Positions 9,151-17,281 of a stretch of DNA of 37,273 nt are shown piece by piece; position 1 is the stretch's first letter; each line of letters begins with the position of its first letter. Source of the stretch: a virus. Taxonomy: Duplodnaviria; Caudoviricetes. Position numbers and translations under genes: made by a program. Below the pieces are notes generated by a model. The model saw only the letters and a program-made list of their open reading frames with translations, was not told the origin of the DNA and made no database searches. The stretch is taken from IMG/VR virus record IMGVR_UViG_3300037045_000324, positions 1 to 37,273 of that record; one strand, written 5' to 3'.

Positions 9151-9330
9151 TTACCGCTTTTTCTTTGCAGTTTTTGCAGCTTGCTTGTCATTTTCCATCT
9201 TGATCTGTATTGCAGCAATGACAAATGACTTTTCTCTTTTTGGCAGTGCTAAATAAGCACACGGAAGAATGTGAAGTTTGTGAAGGCAATAATAAGCAAT
9301 GTTTGCTTCATAATCACCTTCATTTATTAG
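9151..9330 (-). CDS. -1 frameshift extension of the tail assembly chaperone (gpGT-like, 59 aa)
   Basis: Open -1 frame LINEGDYEANIAYYCLHKLHILP...AAKTAKKKR* begins at the slippery site. Confidence 0.8.
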   Translation of the reverse strand, partial: LINEGDYEANIAYYCLHKLHILPCAYLALPKREKSFVIAAIQIKMENDKQAAKTAKKKR

Positions 9331-9755
9331 TTTTTTGCTTCTTCCACCAATTCAGGCATACCAACGTCAAAACCGTTGATTGCCTGAACTTTGTTCAAAT
9401 ATTCCGCATATTCCCCCGGTTTCAGCATGGTTTTCAGCAGTGAATCATCACCCATTACACCATAACTGTTTTGAAGGTCAGCACTATTCAGGTTTGGAAA
9501 TACGGTGCATCTTGCAGCAAGCTTCCCAAGATATTTGGGGAAATCACATTCCGGTTGAAACATATTTTTCTTGCCCGGAACCGGAACCTTCCGGGTGCAA
9601 GAAGTTCTGATCTGATCATCTTCATTGGAAGTTATTGCACATATTTCCCATTCCATTGGGTTTCCCTGTTCATCGGCAAATCTTTTTGATGCAGGATATT
9701 TAATATTTTCTTCCTGCACTGCGTTTTCTTTAAGAAAAGCATTTAAGGTTCCCAT
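9327..9755 (-). CDS. Tail assembly chaperone XkdN-like
   Basis: SKRF.DE.G...WEI, VFPNL..ADLQNSYG, GEY, ends EEAKN; between tube and tape measure. Confidence 0.88.
   Translation of the reverse strand: MGTLNAFLKENAVQEENIKYPASKRFADEQGNPMEWEICAITSNEDDQIRTSCTRKVPVPGKKNMFQPECDFPKYLGKLAARCTVFPNLNSADLQNSYGVMGDDSLLKTMLKPGEYAEYLNKVQAINGFDVGMPELVEEAKN
9330..9336 (-). other. Programmed -1 ribosomal frameshift heptamer A AAA AAC
   Basis: GCA AAA AAC TAA at the chaperone 3' end; X XXY YYZ pattern. Confidence 0.8.
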
Positions 9756-9777
9756 AAATAAAAGCACCTTTCTTTCT

Positions 9778-10245
9778 TTAAATCATCCCGGTCAGGTTGG
9801 CAAATGTTTCTGGCATTTCAAAATCATCAAATGTTCCATCAATGCTTTCATCCAGAAAGTCAGCAGAAGCATCAAACTTTGCCAAAATACCACCATCAAC
9901 ATTGCAATCTTTATGGATCACCGTCTGTCTGCCAACAGAAGAACTTGCATCCTCATTCGTCACCTGAATGTCAAAATAAACATCCTCACCGGTGTTCTTA
10001 TACTTATAAAGCATTTGTCTGAAAATGCTGCTGTTATAATGTGCCGTACCAGTGAAAGTTCCGTTCCACCCGGTTGACTTATGCCCTTTACCAACCTTAC
10101 CAAGAATAGAGACTTCAACTTTGCTTTTTTCAATTTTAGATTCAAAATCAATGATTTGCATGAAGTTGTATCTGATTCCATCAATGGTCACATAACATTC
10201 AGCAAGGGAACCACTGACAGCATCCTTTGCATTCATAATGGTCAT
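9778..10245 (-). CDS. Tail tube protein XkdM-like
   Basis: LGK.GKGHK..G..GT, NED.SS.VGRQT, TFDDF motifs; follows sheath. Confidence 0.92.
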   Translation of the reverse strand: MTIMNAKDAVSGSLAECYVTIDGIRYNFMQIIDFESKIEKSKVEVSILGKVGKGHKSTGWNGTFTGTAHYNSSIFRQMLYKYKNTGEDVYFDIQVTNEDASSSVGRQTVIHKDCNVDGGILAKFDASADFLDESIDGTFDDFEMPETFANLTGMI

Positions 10246-10263
10246 TTATCGTATCCCCCTTTC

Positions 10264-11565
10264 TTATTGAACGGTGACCGTCATATATAATTTTGCCATT
10301 GCATTGACCGGGGTGACTACATCGGAAACAACCACTGCTTTCTTGGTTTCCCCTTCTGTCACCACAACATCAGTGGCAAGGAAATCTTCAATTGCCCGGA
10401 TTTTTTCAAGTTCCTGATGATGTTTGACCACATCATTCCAAAATGAAATTCTTCCTGAATTGTCATTGGGAATCAAACCAAGATATTTGGTATTAAACAG
10501 CACCCCAATGTCATTTGCAATCTGGTCAAGCACCCTGATAGTCTGATTACTGCTGAAATCACTGTTCTTGTCAACTGTGACCGTTACAAAGGTGTTAATG
10601 TCATCCAACACCCTGACTTCATCCCCAACCTTGTGAAAGATGAATTTACCTGCTTTCAATGCAGCTTCAAGTTCAGATTGTTTGAATTGGGTCACAACCG
10701 TGTATTCACCATCATATTTCTTGTTGGTATTTGACTTATTGACAGCACAACCGGCAGCAGCACCGGTGACCCAATGCACCAAATCAGATGCAGTGTTATT
10801 TTCAACACTAATAACACCTTCATAATCAGGTGTAACATATTTATGCAGCACACATTGGAACTTTGCCCCCACCGTGTCACGCATTCTTTTGGTATATTCG
10901 GCATATAGCAATTTGGTTGTGTCATCCGTTGCCAAACAACCCAAGGTATTGAAACTGTAAGCTTCAAAAGCATCCAATGCAGCTTGGTATTCAGTGCCGG
11001 TCAAAGCATCACCGTTTGCCCCAAGTGTGAGTGCCAAACCACCGGCAACTGTTGCTGTCAGCACCACGTTGGTTTTCCAAACAATAAAATCACTATCAAG
11101 CAGATTGTCAGTGTTGGGAAGCACCGTCTGTGCATCAACCACAGTGGTTCCAACCAGTGTGGTCACATCCATCTTGGTTTCATCATCAACATTTACTGCA
11201 ACAATAGTTTTCAAGCTATTCCCAACAGTACCTTTATATTTTGCAGTAGCAAAAGTGTTGCTTGCTGCAACCCCGGTTTTCATCAGCTTATAAAAATGGC
11301 AAGTATGAATGTTTCTGAACAAATCCCTGATGCCCTTTAATTTATCATTGGTATAAGCGTAACCAAATATTTTCAATGAATCTTTCTGCAAATCTTCAAG
11401 TGTTACCGTGAAAACAGCATCTTCAACACCCCAATCAAGGGGAAGGGCAAGTGCAGCAATGCCCCGGTCACTTAGGTTTGCCACTGCCCTTGCAGCAGAT
11501 ATAAAATTGATATATGCACCAGGTAAAACTTTATTTTGTGTTATGAATGTTCCACCACCAAGCAT
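10264..11565 (-). CDS. Tail sheath protein XkdK-like
   Basis: GGGTF.TQNKVLPGAYINF start, IRVLDQIAND, ends KLYMTVTV. Confidence 0.95.
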   Translation of the reverse strand: MLGGGTFITQNKVLPGAYINFISAARAVANLSDRGIAALALPLDWGVEDAVFTVTLEDLQKDSLKIFGYAYTNDKLKGIRDLFRNIHTCHFYKLMKTGVAASNTFATAKYKGTVGNSLKTIVAVNVDDETKMDVTTLVGTTVVDAQTVLPNTDNLLDSDFIVWKTNVVLTATVAGGLALTLGANGDALTGTEYQAALDAFEAYSFNTLGCLATDDTTKLLYAEYTKRMRDTVGAKFQCVLHKYVTPDYEGVISVENNTASDLVHWVTGAAAGCAVNKSNTNKKYDGEYTVVTQFKQSELEAALKAGKFIFHKVGDEVRVLDDINTFVTVTVDKNSDFSSNQTIRVLDQIANDIGVLFNTKYLGLIPNDNSGRISFWNDVVKHHQELEKIRAIEDFLATDVVVTEGETKKAVVVSDVVTPVNAMAKLYMTVTVQ

Positions 11566-11760
11566 TTATATCACCGTCCCTTTCAGATAGTTTTCAATCA
11601 AAGATTCAGCTTCATCCAAGGTGTATAATTCACCCTTTTTCAAAAGGGTGTTAATTAAGTCACCATTGTGTTTGAACCTGAAACATGAAAGAATCTGTTG
11701 CTTTGTGAACTTTGAAGCAGTTGATTGAACTTGTTCAACTGCTTCTTTATTTTTTGCCAC
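11566..11760 (-). CDS. Small conserved protein upstream of sheath
   Basis: FTKQQIL...DLI..LL...YT..E....I..YLKG pattern; GTG start with GGGGTG SD. Confidence 0.7.
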   Translation of the reverse strand: MAKNKEAVEQVQSTASKFTKQQILSCFRFKHNGDLINTLLKKGELYTLDEAESLIENYLKGTVI

Positions 11761-11764
11761 ATAA

Positions 11765-12190
11765 TCACCCCTTTGTATCTGTTTCAACCGTTATGGTTGT
11801 CATTTTGTCAATTGCAACCGGCTCTTTGTATATATGGAAATCATAGTTCACAAAGAAGTGCAGCACATCATTCACAATTTCATAATGAATGCCGGTTCCC
11901 CTCAATATATCACCCTTCATGGTGACGGTTTCCAAAGCAGTTTCCAACCGTTCTGCAACAGTATGACATTCCGTGTTCTGGTCTTTTGTGCTTGGAAAAT
12001 AATGAATATCAAAAGGTTGGGTCATTAAATACCGTTTTCCAAGCACCTGTTTTTGGATTTTCTCCAATAGCAGAATAAAAAAACAAGGTTTTTTTAAACC
12101 TTGTGCCACTGATTCAGTATAAATTTTATATCCACTGCCAAATTCAGTGTTCAACTTGATTGAAATTGCTTCAATTAAATCAATTAGCAT
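11765..12190 (-). CDS. Tail terminator / completion protein
   Basis: QGLKKPCFFI, FDIHYFP, VLHFFVNY; position. Confidence 0.75.
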   Translation of the reverse strand: MLIDLIEAISIKLNTEFGSGYKIYTESVAQGLKKPCFFILLLEKIQKQVLGKRYLMTQPFDIHYFPSTKDQNTECHTVAERLETALETVTMKGDILRGTGIHYEIVNDVLHFFVNYDFHIYKEPVAIDKMTTITVETDTKG

Positions 12191-12677
12191 CAAGCAACAC
12201 CCCCAAATATTTTATTAGTTTTTTTTCAAGAATCTGTGGTGCTTGTGCGTCCAGTTCATTTTCAGATAACGTCAGCATGAATTGCCCGGTTATCCATCCA
12301 CTGTGATCTGCTGTTCGATGTCCAAATTCAACATATGAGGAATACATCACTGGGTTGATAATCTCAATCTGATATAGGTTCCCAATCCTTTGAACCCTCA
12401 ACACTTCAACATATGTCTTTGCACTTTTCTTCCCTCCGGCAGAAGCTTCAGCTTCAGTTGCAGAAGTCCACCCCCTTCTAAGGGTTCCACCATTCTTCCC
12501 ACTTGATATCGGATATTGCCCCACCGGTGTTCTTCTGATAACCTTGGCAATCAACCTTGCTGCAAGTTCCTTGGCACATTCTACAAGGAATCGGTCTGAT
12601 TCTCCCCTGTTCAATCTATCCATGTTTTTTTGAAGTCTTTGCAGTTGCCTGAAATCACAATTGCCCCATCTTGCCAT
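12180..12677 (-). CDS. HK97 gp10-like neck/tail component
   Basis: RTPV...GGTLRRGW, YSSYVEFGHR, G.FML motifs. Confidence 0.88.
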   Translation of the reverse strand: MARWGNCDFRQLQRLQKNMDRLNRGESDRFLVECAKELAARLIAKVIRRTPVGQYPISSGKNGGTLRRGWTSATEAEASAGGKKSAKTYVEVLRVQRIGNLYQIEIINPVMYSSYVEFGHRTADHSGWITGQFMLTLSENELDAQAPQILEKKLIKYLGVLLDAN

Positions 12678-13042
12678 TATGCCCAACCATCAAACAAGGT
12701 CAGCATTATTTCCTGATGCGAACTATATTTTGCCGGTTCGCCACTGCTTTTGAATACACCGGTGACCCCATTCTGTATGACGGTTATTTTGGAACCGTCC
12801 TTGATAACCACATCAGGTGAAATGAACAATTTGGTACTTTGGGCCACCGTTGCAACCGTGTCTGTTGGATTGGTGCTGTTGATGCTTTGGAATGATAACC
12901 GGCAAGGTTGATTGGTCAGAACATTGGATTCAATATGCTTGGTTATTTTACTGATTGCATTTGTTGATTCCAAATATTCAGTAACCGTGCAAGTGCCAGT
13001 GTATAAGCTTTCAATTGCTTTTTTAATGCTTGCAGTTACCAT
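12677..13042 (-). CDS. Head closure / head-tail adaptor
   Basis: PCRLSF, KLFISP...IK.GSKI.V, Y.SHQEI; position. Confidence 0.78.
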   Translation of the reverse strand: MVTASIKKAIESLYTGTCTVTEYLESTNAISKITKHIESNVLTNQPCRLSFQSINSTNPTDTVATVAQSTKLFISPDVVIKDGSKITVIQNGVTGVFKSSGEPAKYSSHQEIMLTLFDGWA

Positions 13043-13407
13043 TTAATGCACCTGTAAACACTGAAATCAGTTCCTTCATGCATCAGGAAAGCAATCAGTG
13101 CATTCATCCTTTCTTCAGTAGTAGTTCCAAAGGTCACACTGGTATCACCTTCACTGATTGTTTTGATTGCATCATCAACATCAAACCCGGTCAATTGCCC
13201 GGATGACTTCTTTCCCAACAGGAATTCCCCGGTTGCCCTATCAACTGCAACTTCTTCAAGTCCAACAGGAACCGTTGTCACATTACATTGGTTTTTGATG
13301 TGATTTTCAACTTTGTCAATAATGAACCCAAGCATCCAAGCATCACCAGTGACAACAGTATAATTAAATGCTGCAAGCCTTGCGGTTACATCATCAATCA
13401 TTGCCAT
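13036..13407 (-). CDS. Head-tail connector (gp6/gp15-like)
   Basis: IKNQCN...VP.GL, IKTISEGDTSVTF. Confidence 0.8.
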   Translation of the reverse strand: MAMIDDVTARLAAFNYTVVTGDAWMLGFIIDKVENHIKNQCNVTTVPVGLEEVAVDRATGEFLLGKKSSGQLTGFDVDDAIKTISEGDTSVTFGTTTEERMNALIAFLMHEGTDFSVYRCIKW

Positions 13408-13423
13408 AAGTCACCACATCCTT

Positions 13424-13777
13424 TTATTTTTGATTTTCAAGTATCTTCTTCAGAATGCCGTTGTAACTGGTTGACTTACCAAGGTCAATGCCATGTTTAC
13501 CGGCATAAACGGTTAATTCTTCAACCGTCATTTTTTCAAATCCGGGTGCTTCCCCTTCTGGTTCAGGTTCAGTGGTCAAGGGGGCAGTTGATTCAGGTTG
13601 TTGAACAGATTTAACTTTTTGTTCAACCTGTTCAATCTGTTCAACCACATAACCTTTCTTAGCAAACCATTCAATTAAATGGGGGTCAGTGCATTCACCA
13701 ACCCCATCTTTAAATTGAACACCTGCTGAAATTCCGTTATATTGTTTATTCGGTGCAATTATTTTCATTTCAATCAC
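13424..13777 (-). CDS. Head-associated protein with C-terminal HeH/Rho-N-like motif
   Basis: MTVEEL..YA..HGIDL motif; position after capsid. Confidence 0.7.
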   Translation of the reverse strand: MIEMKIIAPNKQYNGISAGVQFKDGVGECTDPHLIEWFAKKGYVVEQIEQVEQKVKSVQQPESTAPLTTEPEPEGEAPGFEKMTVEELTVYAGKHGIDLGKSTSYNGILKKILENQK

Positions 13778-13785
13778 CTTTCCCT

Positions 13786-14355
13786 TTAGGCTTTCACTTC
13801 AACTTCAACTGTTGCGGTATGATTTCCGGTGTTGGCATAAGGAAGTGGCAAAGCACCAAGGGTTGCCGTGAAGGTATATTTACCTGCTGTGGTCTTGTCA
13901 TAGGTATCAGTATCAACCCATGCTGTAACCGGAACTGTTGCTTTTCCACCACCAATTGTGGCAACAACAGTGGTTGCCAATGCAGCCTTTACAGCAGTAG
14001 CATTGGCATATGTTGGAACTGCAACCGTTCCACCGGCAACATCGGCAATGGCATCAAATGCCGTGATTTCAATTTTCATCAGTGTCAGAAGGGCAGTTTC
14101 AATTGCTGCAACCAACACTGCTTTTGTTTTTCCTACCGGGTCAATTCCCATATAAGGTGCAATCACTGCGAGTTCTGCACTGGTCATTTTATCCCAATTT
14201 GTCAGTGTATCAGTACCGGCAACAACTGTATAACCTTTTGCCGTAAACCATGCAATCAATTTTGTGTTGGCATCAGCAACAGCAGCAACACCATTGATAA
14301 AATCAACACCATAATCACAATTATGTGATTCATTGGGTGAATAAATTTTTGCCAC
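13786..14355 (-). CDS. Head-associated protein, paralog of downstream gene, with C-terminal Ig-like domain
   Basis: Shared N-terminal domain; VPVTAW...YD...AGKYTFTATL Ig-like pattern. Confidence 0.7.
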   Translation of the reverse strand: MAKIYSPNESHNCDYGVDFINGVAAVADANTKLIAWFTAKGYTVVAGTDTLTNWDKMTSAELAVIAPYMGIDPVGKTKAVLVAAIETALLTLMKIEITAFDAIADVAGGTVAVPTYANATAVKAALATTVVATIGGGKATVPVTAWVDTDTYDKTTAGKYTFTATLGALPLPYANTGNHTATVEVEVKA

Positions 14356-14371
14356 TATGAAATCCCCCTTC

Positions 14372-15328
14372 TTACTGAACTTTGATTTTGCGTAAAATAC
14401 CGGCAGCTTTCGTTGCTTTCAGTGCCACTGCTGCTACCATTTCAACTTCACCCTTTTTAACTGCACCGGCAGTTTTGAAATCAGGCAACCAACTTTTTAC
14501 CGGGGGAACTCCTGCCATTGAAACCCCATGAAAACCATCCAAGGCAAGTCTTGCAGTGAAAAGGGAAGTTTCACCGGTTCCAGCATCCGTTGCAACAACC
14601 GGGGTATTGCTTCCTGCTTTTGCACCAAAGTCAATTAAAGGAATATCCCCATAAGATTCAACCTGCTGCCCAAAGTCATTTTTGGTAACCTGATACATTC
14701 CTGCTCTCCTGGCACATGCACGGATTTTGGCAATCAGTTTCAAGTTGCCACCAATGAATGAGGGTTTACCGTCCAAACTCATAAGAAATTCATCCAACAA
14801 GTCAAGAAAAGCAGCATAGTTGGTGGTAACCAGTGCTGAAGTGGAAAGGTCAATGGCAGCAGCCGGAATTATTTCAGTTGAAGAACCGGTTACTGCTTTT
14901 TCAAGTCCATCAAAAGCATCAGGAACAAGGGCAGAATCACCATTGATTACCGTATCATTGAACAGTGCTGAAGCAGCTTTGATTTTCTGCTGCACCTGAA
15001 GGATAACTTCAGTAATGATGCCCCCCATGTTGGATATAACACGGTCAATCTCAAAGCTTCCACCAAAAACTTTCAGGTCAGTGGTATATCTTTGTTTGGT
15101 CACTTCAGATGCCACATATTCATTGTTTACTGCACGAAAACCGGCAGTGGGTTGGGTTATAAGCCGGGTATAACCATAAGTCAATGTTGCACCCCCACCA
15201 GTGGGTGAAACACAATCATCAAAGGTTATGTTGTTGAATAGGAAATTGGATTTTGCAAATTCATCAATAACCCCCATTTGAAGGTCATCTTGAACATCCA
15301 GTTTTGCTTGTGCTAATGTAACAGCCAT
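14372..15328 (-). CDS. Major capsid protein
   Basis: 318 aa after scaffold; TL.QAK, GG.FEIDRV, INGD.....FDGL, GEVEM. Confidence 0.9.
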   Translation of the reverse strand: MAVTLAQAKLDVQDDLQMGVIDEFAKSNFLFNNITFDDCVSPTGGGATLTYGYTRLITQPTAGFRAVNNEYVASEVTKQRYTTDLKVFGGSFEIDRVISNMGGIITEVILQVQQKIKAASALFNDTVINGDSALVPDAFDGLEKAVTGSSTEIIPAAAIDLSTSALVTTNYAAFLDLLDEFLMSLDGKPSFIGGNLKLIAKIRACARRAGMYQVTKNDFGQQVESYGDIPLIDFGAKAGSNTPVVATDAGTGETSLFTARLALDGFHGVSMAGVPPVKSWLPDFKTAGAVKKGEVEMVAAVALKATKAAGILRKIKVQ

Positions 15329-15350
15329 TTATATGACCACCTTTCAAAAT

Positions 15351-15920
15351 TTAATTAGCTTCCAAATGTGATTTTACTGCTGCTTCCAGTGAATTGATTT
15401 GTGTACCTGCCCCCGGTGATCCATCTTTGGTTTCACCGGGTTTCATTCCTTTCAATGCCGGTTTGCTTTCAACATTGAAAAGGAACTTAGTATCTTCACT
15501 TTCTTGTAATTTTTTGAGTTGTTCACCCAAACCTTTGATACTTCCATCAGCATCCAGTGCAGCATCACCAAGTTCAAGTAATGCTTTCACTGCCTTGATG
15601 TTTTTGGCATTTGCACCGGTCAATGCTTTTTCAACTGCACTGTCCAACTGCAACTGCTTCAGTTGTGCATCATAAGCTTCCTTGTCAGCTTTGTTCTGAC
15701 CTTGCAGCTTTTCAATTTCAGCTTGCAACCCGGCTGCATCAACTTTCTTCAAATCTTCAAGTTGCTTATCCCTGGCAGCAATGTCTTTATCAAGCTGCTT
15801 TTTGGTTTCATTAAGTTCATCAAATCTTTTCTTGGTGACAAACGCACCATTCAAAGATTCCATGACCTTTTCCGCTTGTTCTTCAGTTAATCCCATTGCA
15901 ATCAGTTGTTCTTTTGTCAT
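15351..15920 (-). CDS. Capsid scaffolding protein (Phage_GP20-like)
   Basis: MTKEQL.AMGLTEEQ, coiled coil, AKN.KAVKALL, FLF. Confidence 0.9.
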   Translation of the reverse strand: MTKEQLIAMGLTEEQAEKVMESLNGAFVTKKRFDELNETKKQLDKDIAARDKQLEDLKKVDAAGLQAEIEKLQGQNKADKEAYDAQLKQLQLDSAVEKALTGANAKNIKAVKALLELGDAALDADGSIKGLGEQLKKLQESEDTKFLFNVESKPALKGMKPGETKDGSPGAGTQINSLEAAVKSHLEAN

Positions 15921-16135
15921 TTTTATTCCAACCTTTCAAATCACTTTTTTACATGGGTGTGAACCATGAATTTGTCTTGTTCTTTACCGTCAGCAATACT
16001 AAAATGACGAATTAATTTTCCCCATTAATTAGGTAATGAGTTTGGCGTTTTAAGGTACTTGAAAAAAGTTTTTAATAGTAAACCACCCCCTAGAAATGCC
16101 TTTTCAAGCAACATCACCCCCTAAATTAGCCCAAC

Positions 16136-16167
16136 AAAAAAGCACCTGCATTTTCAGCAGATGCTTT
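16136..16167 (-). terminator. Intrinsic terminator, related to the 8703-8732 terminator
   Basis: AAAGCATCTGC-TGAAAAT-GCAGGTGCTTT then T run; shares 16 bp (aaaaaagcacctgcat on + strand) with 8703-8718. Confidence 0.78.
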
Positions 16168-16180
16168 GGTATTATTGAAA

Positions 16181-16225
16181 TTAGAACAAATCTTAAACCA
16201 ATCTGTTGTATATTTTATTATCAAT
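16181..16225 (-). pseudogene. 3' relic of a paralog of the 8747-9094 moron, fused to the minor head gene end
   Basis: IDNKIYNRLV*DLF* aligns without gaps to moron end VDSKIHKAIIQAMF*, followed by a related terminator. Confidence 0.6.
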
Positions 16226-17281
16226 CCACGGTGTCAAGTCAACCTTTGAACCACCATCAACAAAAGTTTCTTTCCATTCAGGATATTTCACATCAGCAGG
16301 TAAATAGTAATTTTGTCCTTTACTGGTCTTTGCAATCCTGCTGCCATAATTATCATCAAACCAAGGAATTGTCACTGTTCTGCACCAAGCATGAAAAGGT
16401 GGTGCTGTGCTGCCAGGTGCATACTCACTCATTGGTATAACCTGACCATCCAATCCCTGACACAATTCACTGGTCAATAAATCAAGGGTTGCACATATTT
16501 CATACTTTTCAACATTCAGTGAATTGAAGCAATCCTTTTGGGCAGCAGATGCAAAGAAAGCAGATTCAGTCATCACTAACCGTCCTGCTCTGTTCTTTGC
16601 CACTCCAAATTGTTTGCTTATGGCCCTTATTGTTTTATCAGGTGCATCACCACGGATGATTCCCTGTGTAAGATTGGTATGAACTGAATCAATCAATGCT
16701 GCTTTACTTTCCCAACACCGGGCAGTGAATGTTTTATTGTCCATCGTCCAAGGTTTTGAAATTATCTGTTCAAGTTTCTTTTCATCAATCTTTTGAAAAT
16801 CATAACCAATATTGAACCCCTTTTGAATTTCAAATGCAGTGTGATAATAACCATCTGAATAAATGTTCCGGGCAAGCTTATCAATGCCATCAATCTGGTT
16901 CCCAAACAGCACTTCAATTTTCTGTTGAGTCTGAATCCTCAGTGCTTCCAACCGGTTGATATGAACCCTTGCTGAAGCATTTTCAAGCTGCTTCATCCAA
17001 AGTGGGTCAACTGCATTCATTTCGCCGTGTTTGATGTAATCTTCAACATCCCATTTGAATTCTTCAAGTTCCTTGGTATTCAGCAACCGTTTTGCTTCAA
17101 CCATTGAAATATTATTATTGGCTGCAAATCGCTGATACCAAACATCAATGTCCTTTTCAACCCTCAATGATGCTATTCGATATTGCTTTTCAAGATCCGC
17201 ATAATAAGATTGACCTTTGTTCAGTTGTGATTCTTCAAGAATGGTGAATCTTTGTTTCCAGTAATTACTTGAGGTTGGCAT
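16193..17281 (-). CDS. Minor head protein, SPP1 gp7 / Mu gpF family
   Basis: YW..RF start, RLVMTES, ATLD..TS..C..LDG, PPFH.WCR. Confidence 0.9.
   Translation of the reverse strand: MPTSSNYWKQRFTILEESQLNKGQSYYADLEKQYRIASLRVEKDIDVWYQRFAANNNISMVEAKRLLNTKELEEFKWDVEDYIKHGEMNAVDPLWMKQLENASARVHINRLEALRIQTQQKIEVLFGNQIDGIDKLARNIYSDGYYHTAFEIQKGFNIGYDFQKIDEKKLEQIISKPWTMDNKTFTARCWESKAALIDSVHTNLTQGIIRGDAPDKTIRAISKQFGVAKNRAGRLVMTESAFFASAAQKDCFNSLNVEKYEICATLDLLTSELCQGLDGQVIPMSEYAPGSTAPPFHAWCRTVTIPWFDDNYGSRIAKTSKGQNYYLPADVKYPEWKETFVDGGSKVDLTPWIDNKIYNRLV

Noticed and set aside
1313-11565. Stand-alone tailocin or PBSX-like element
   Set aside because: Capsid, portal, terminase and a full replication module are contiguous with the tail genes
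13753-14328. Plus-strand 191-aa ORF and the other plus-strand ORFs in the track
   Set aside because: Antisense shadows of well-supported minus-strand genes with no recognisable motifs
16080-16125. Direct repeat TAGGGGGTG (two copies)
   Set aside because: Short, SD-like, leads only to tiny ORFs; no supportable function
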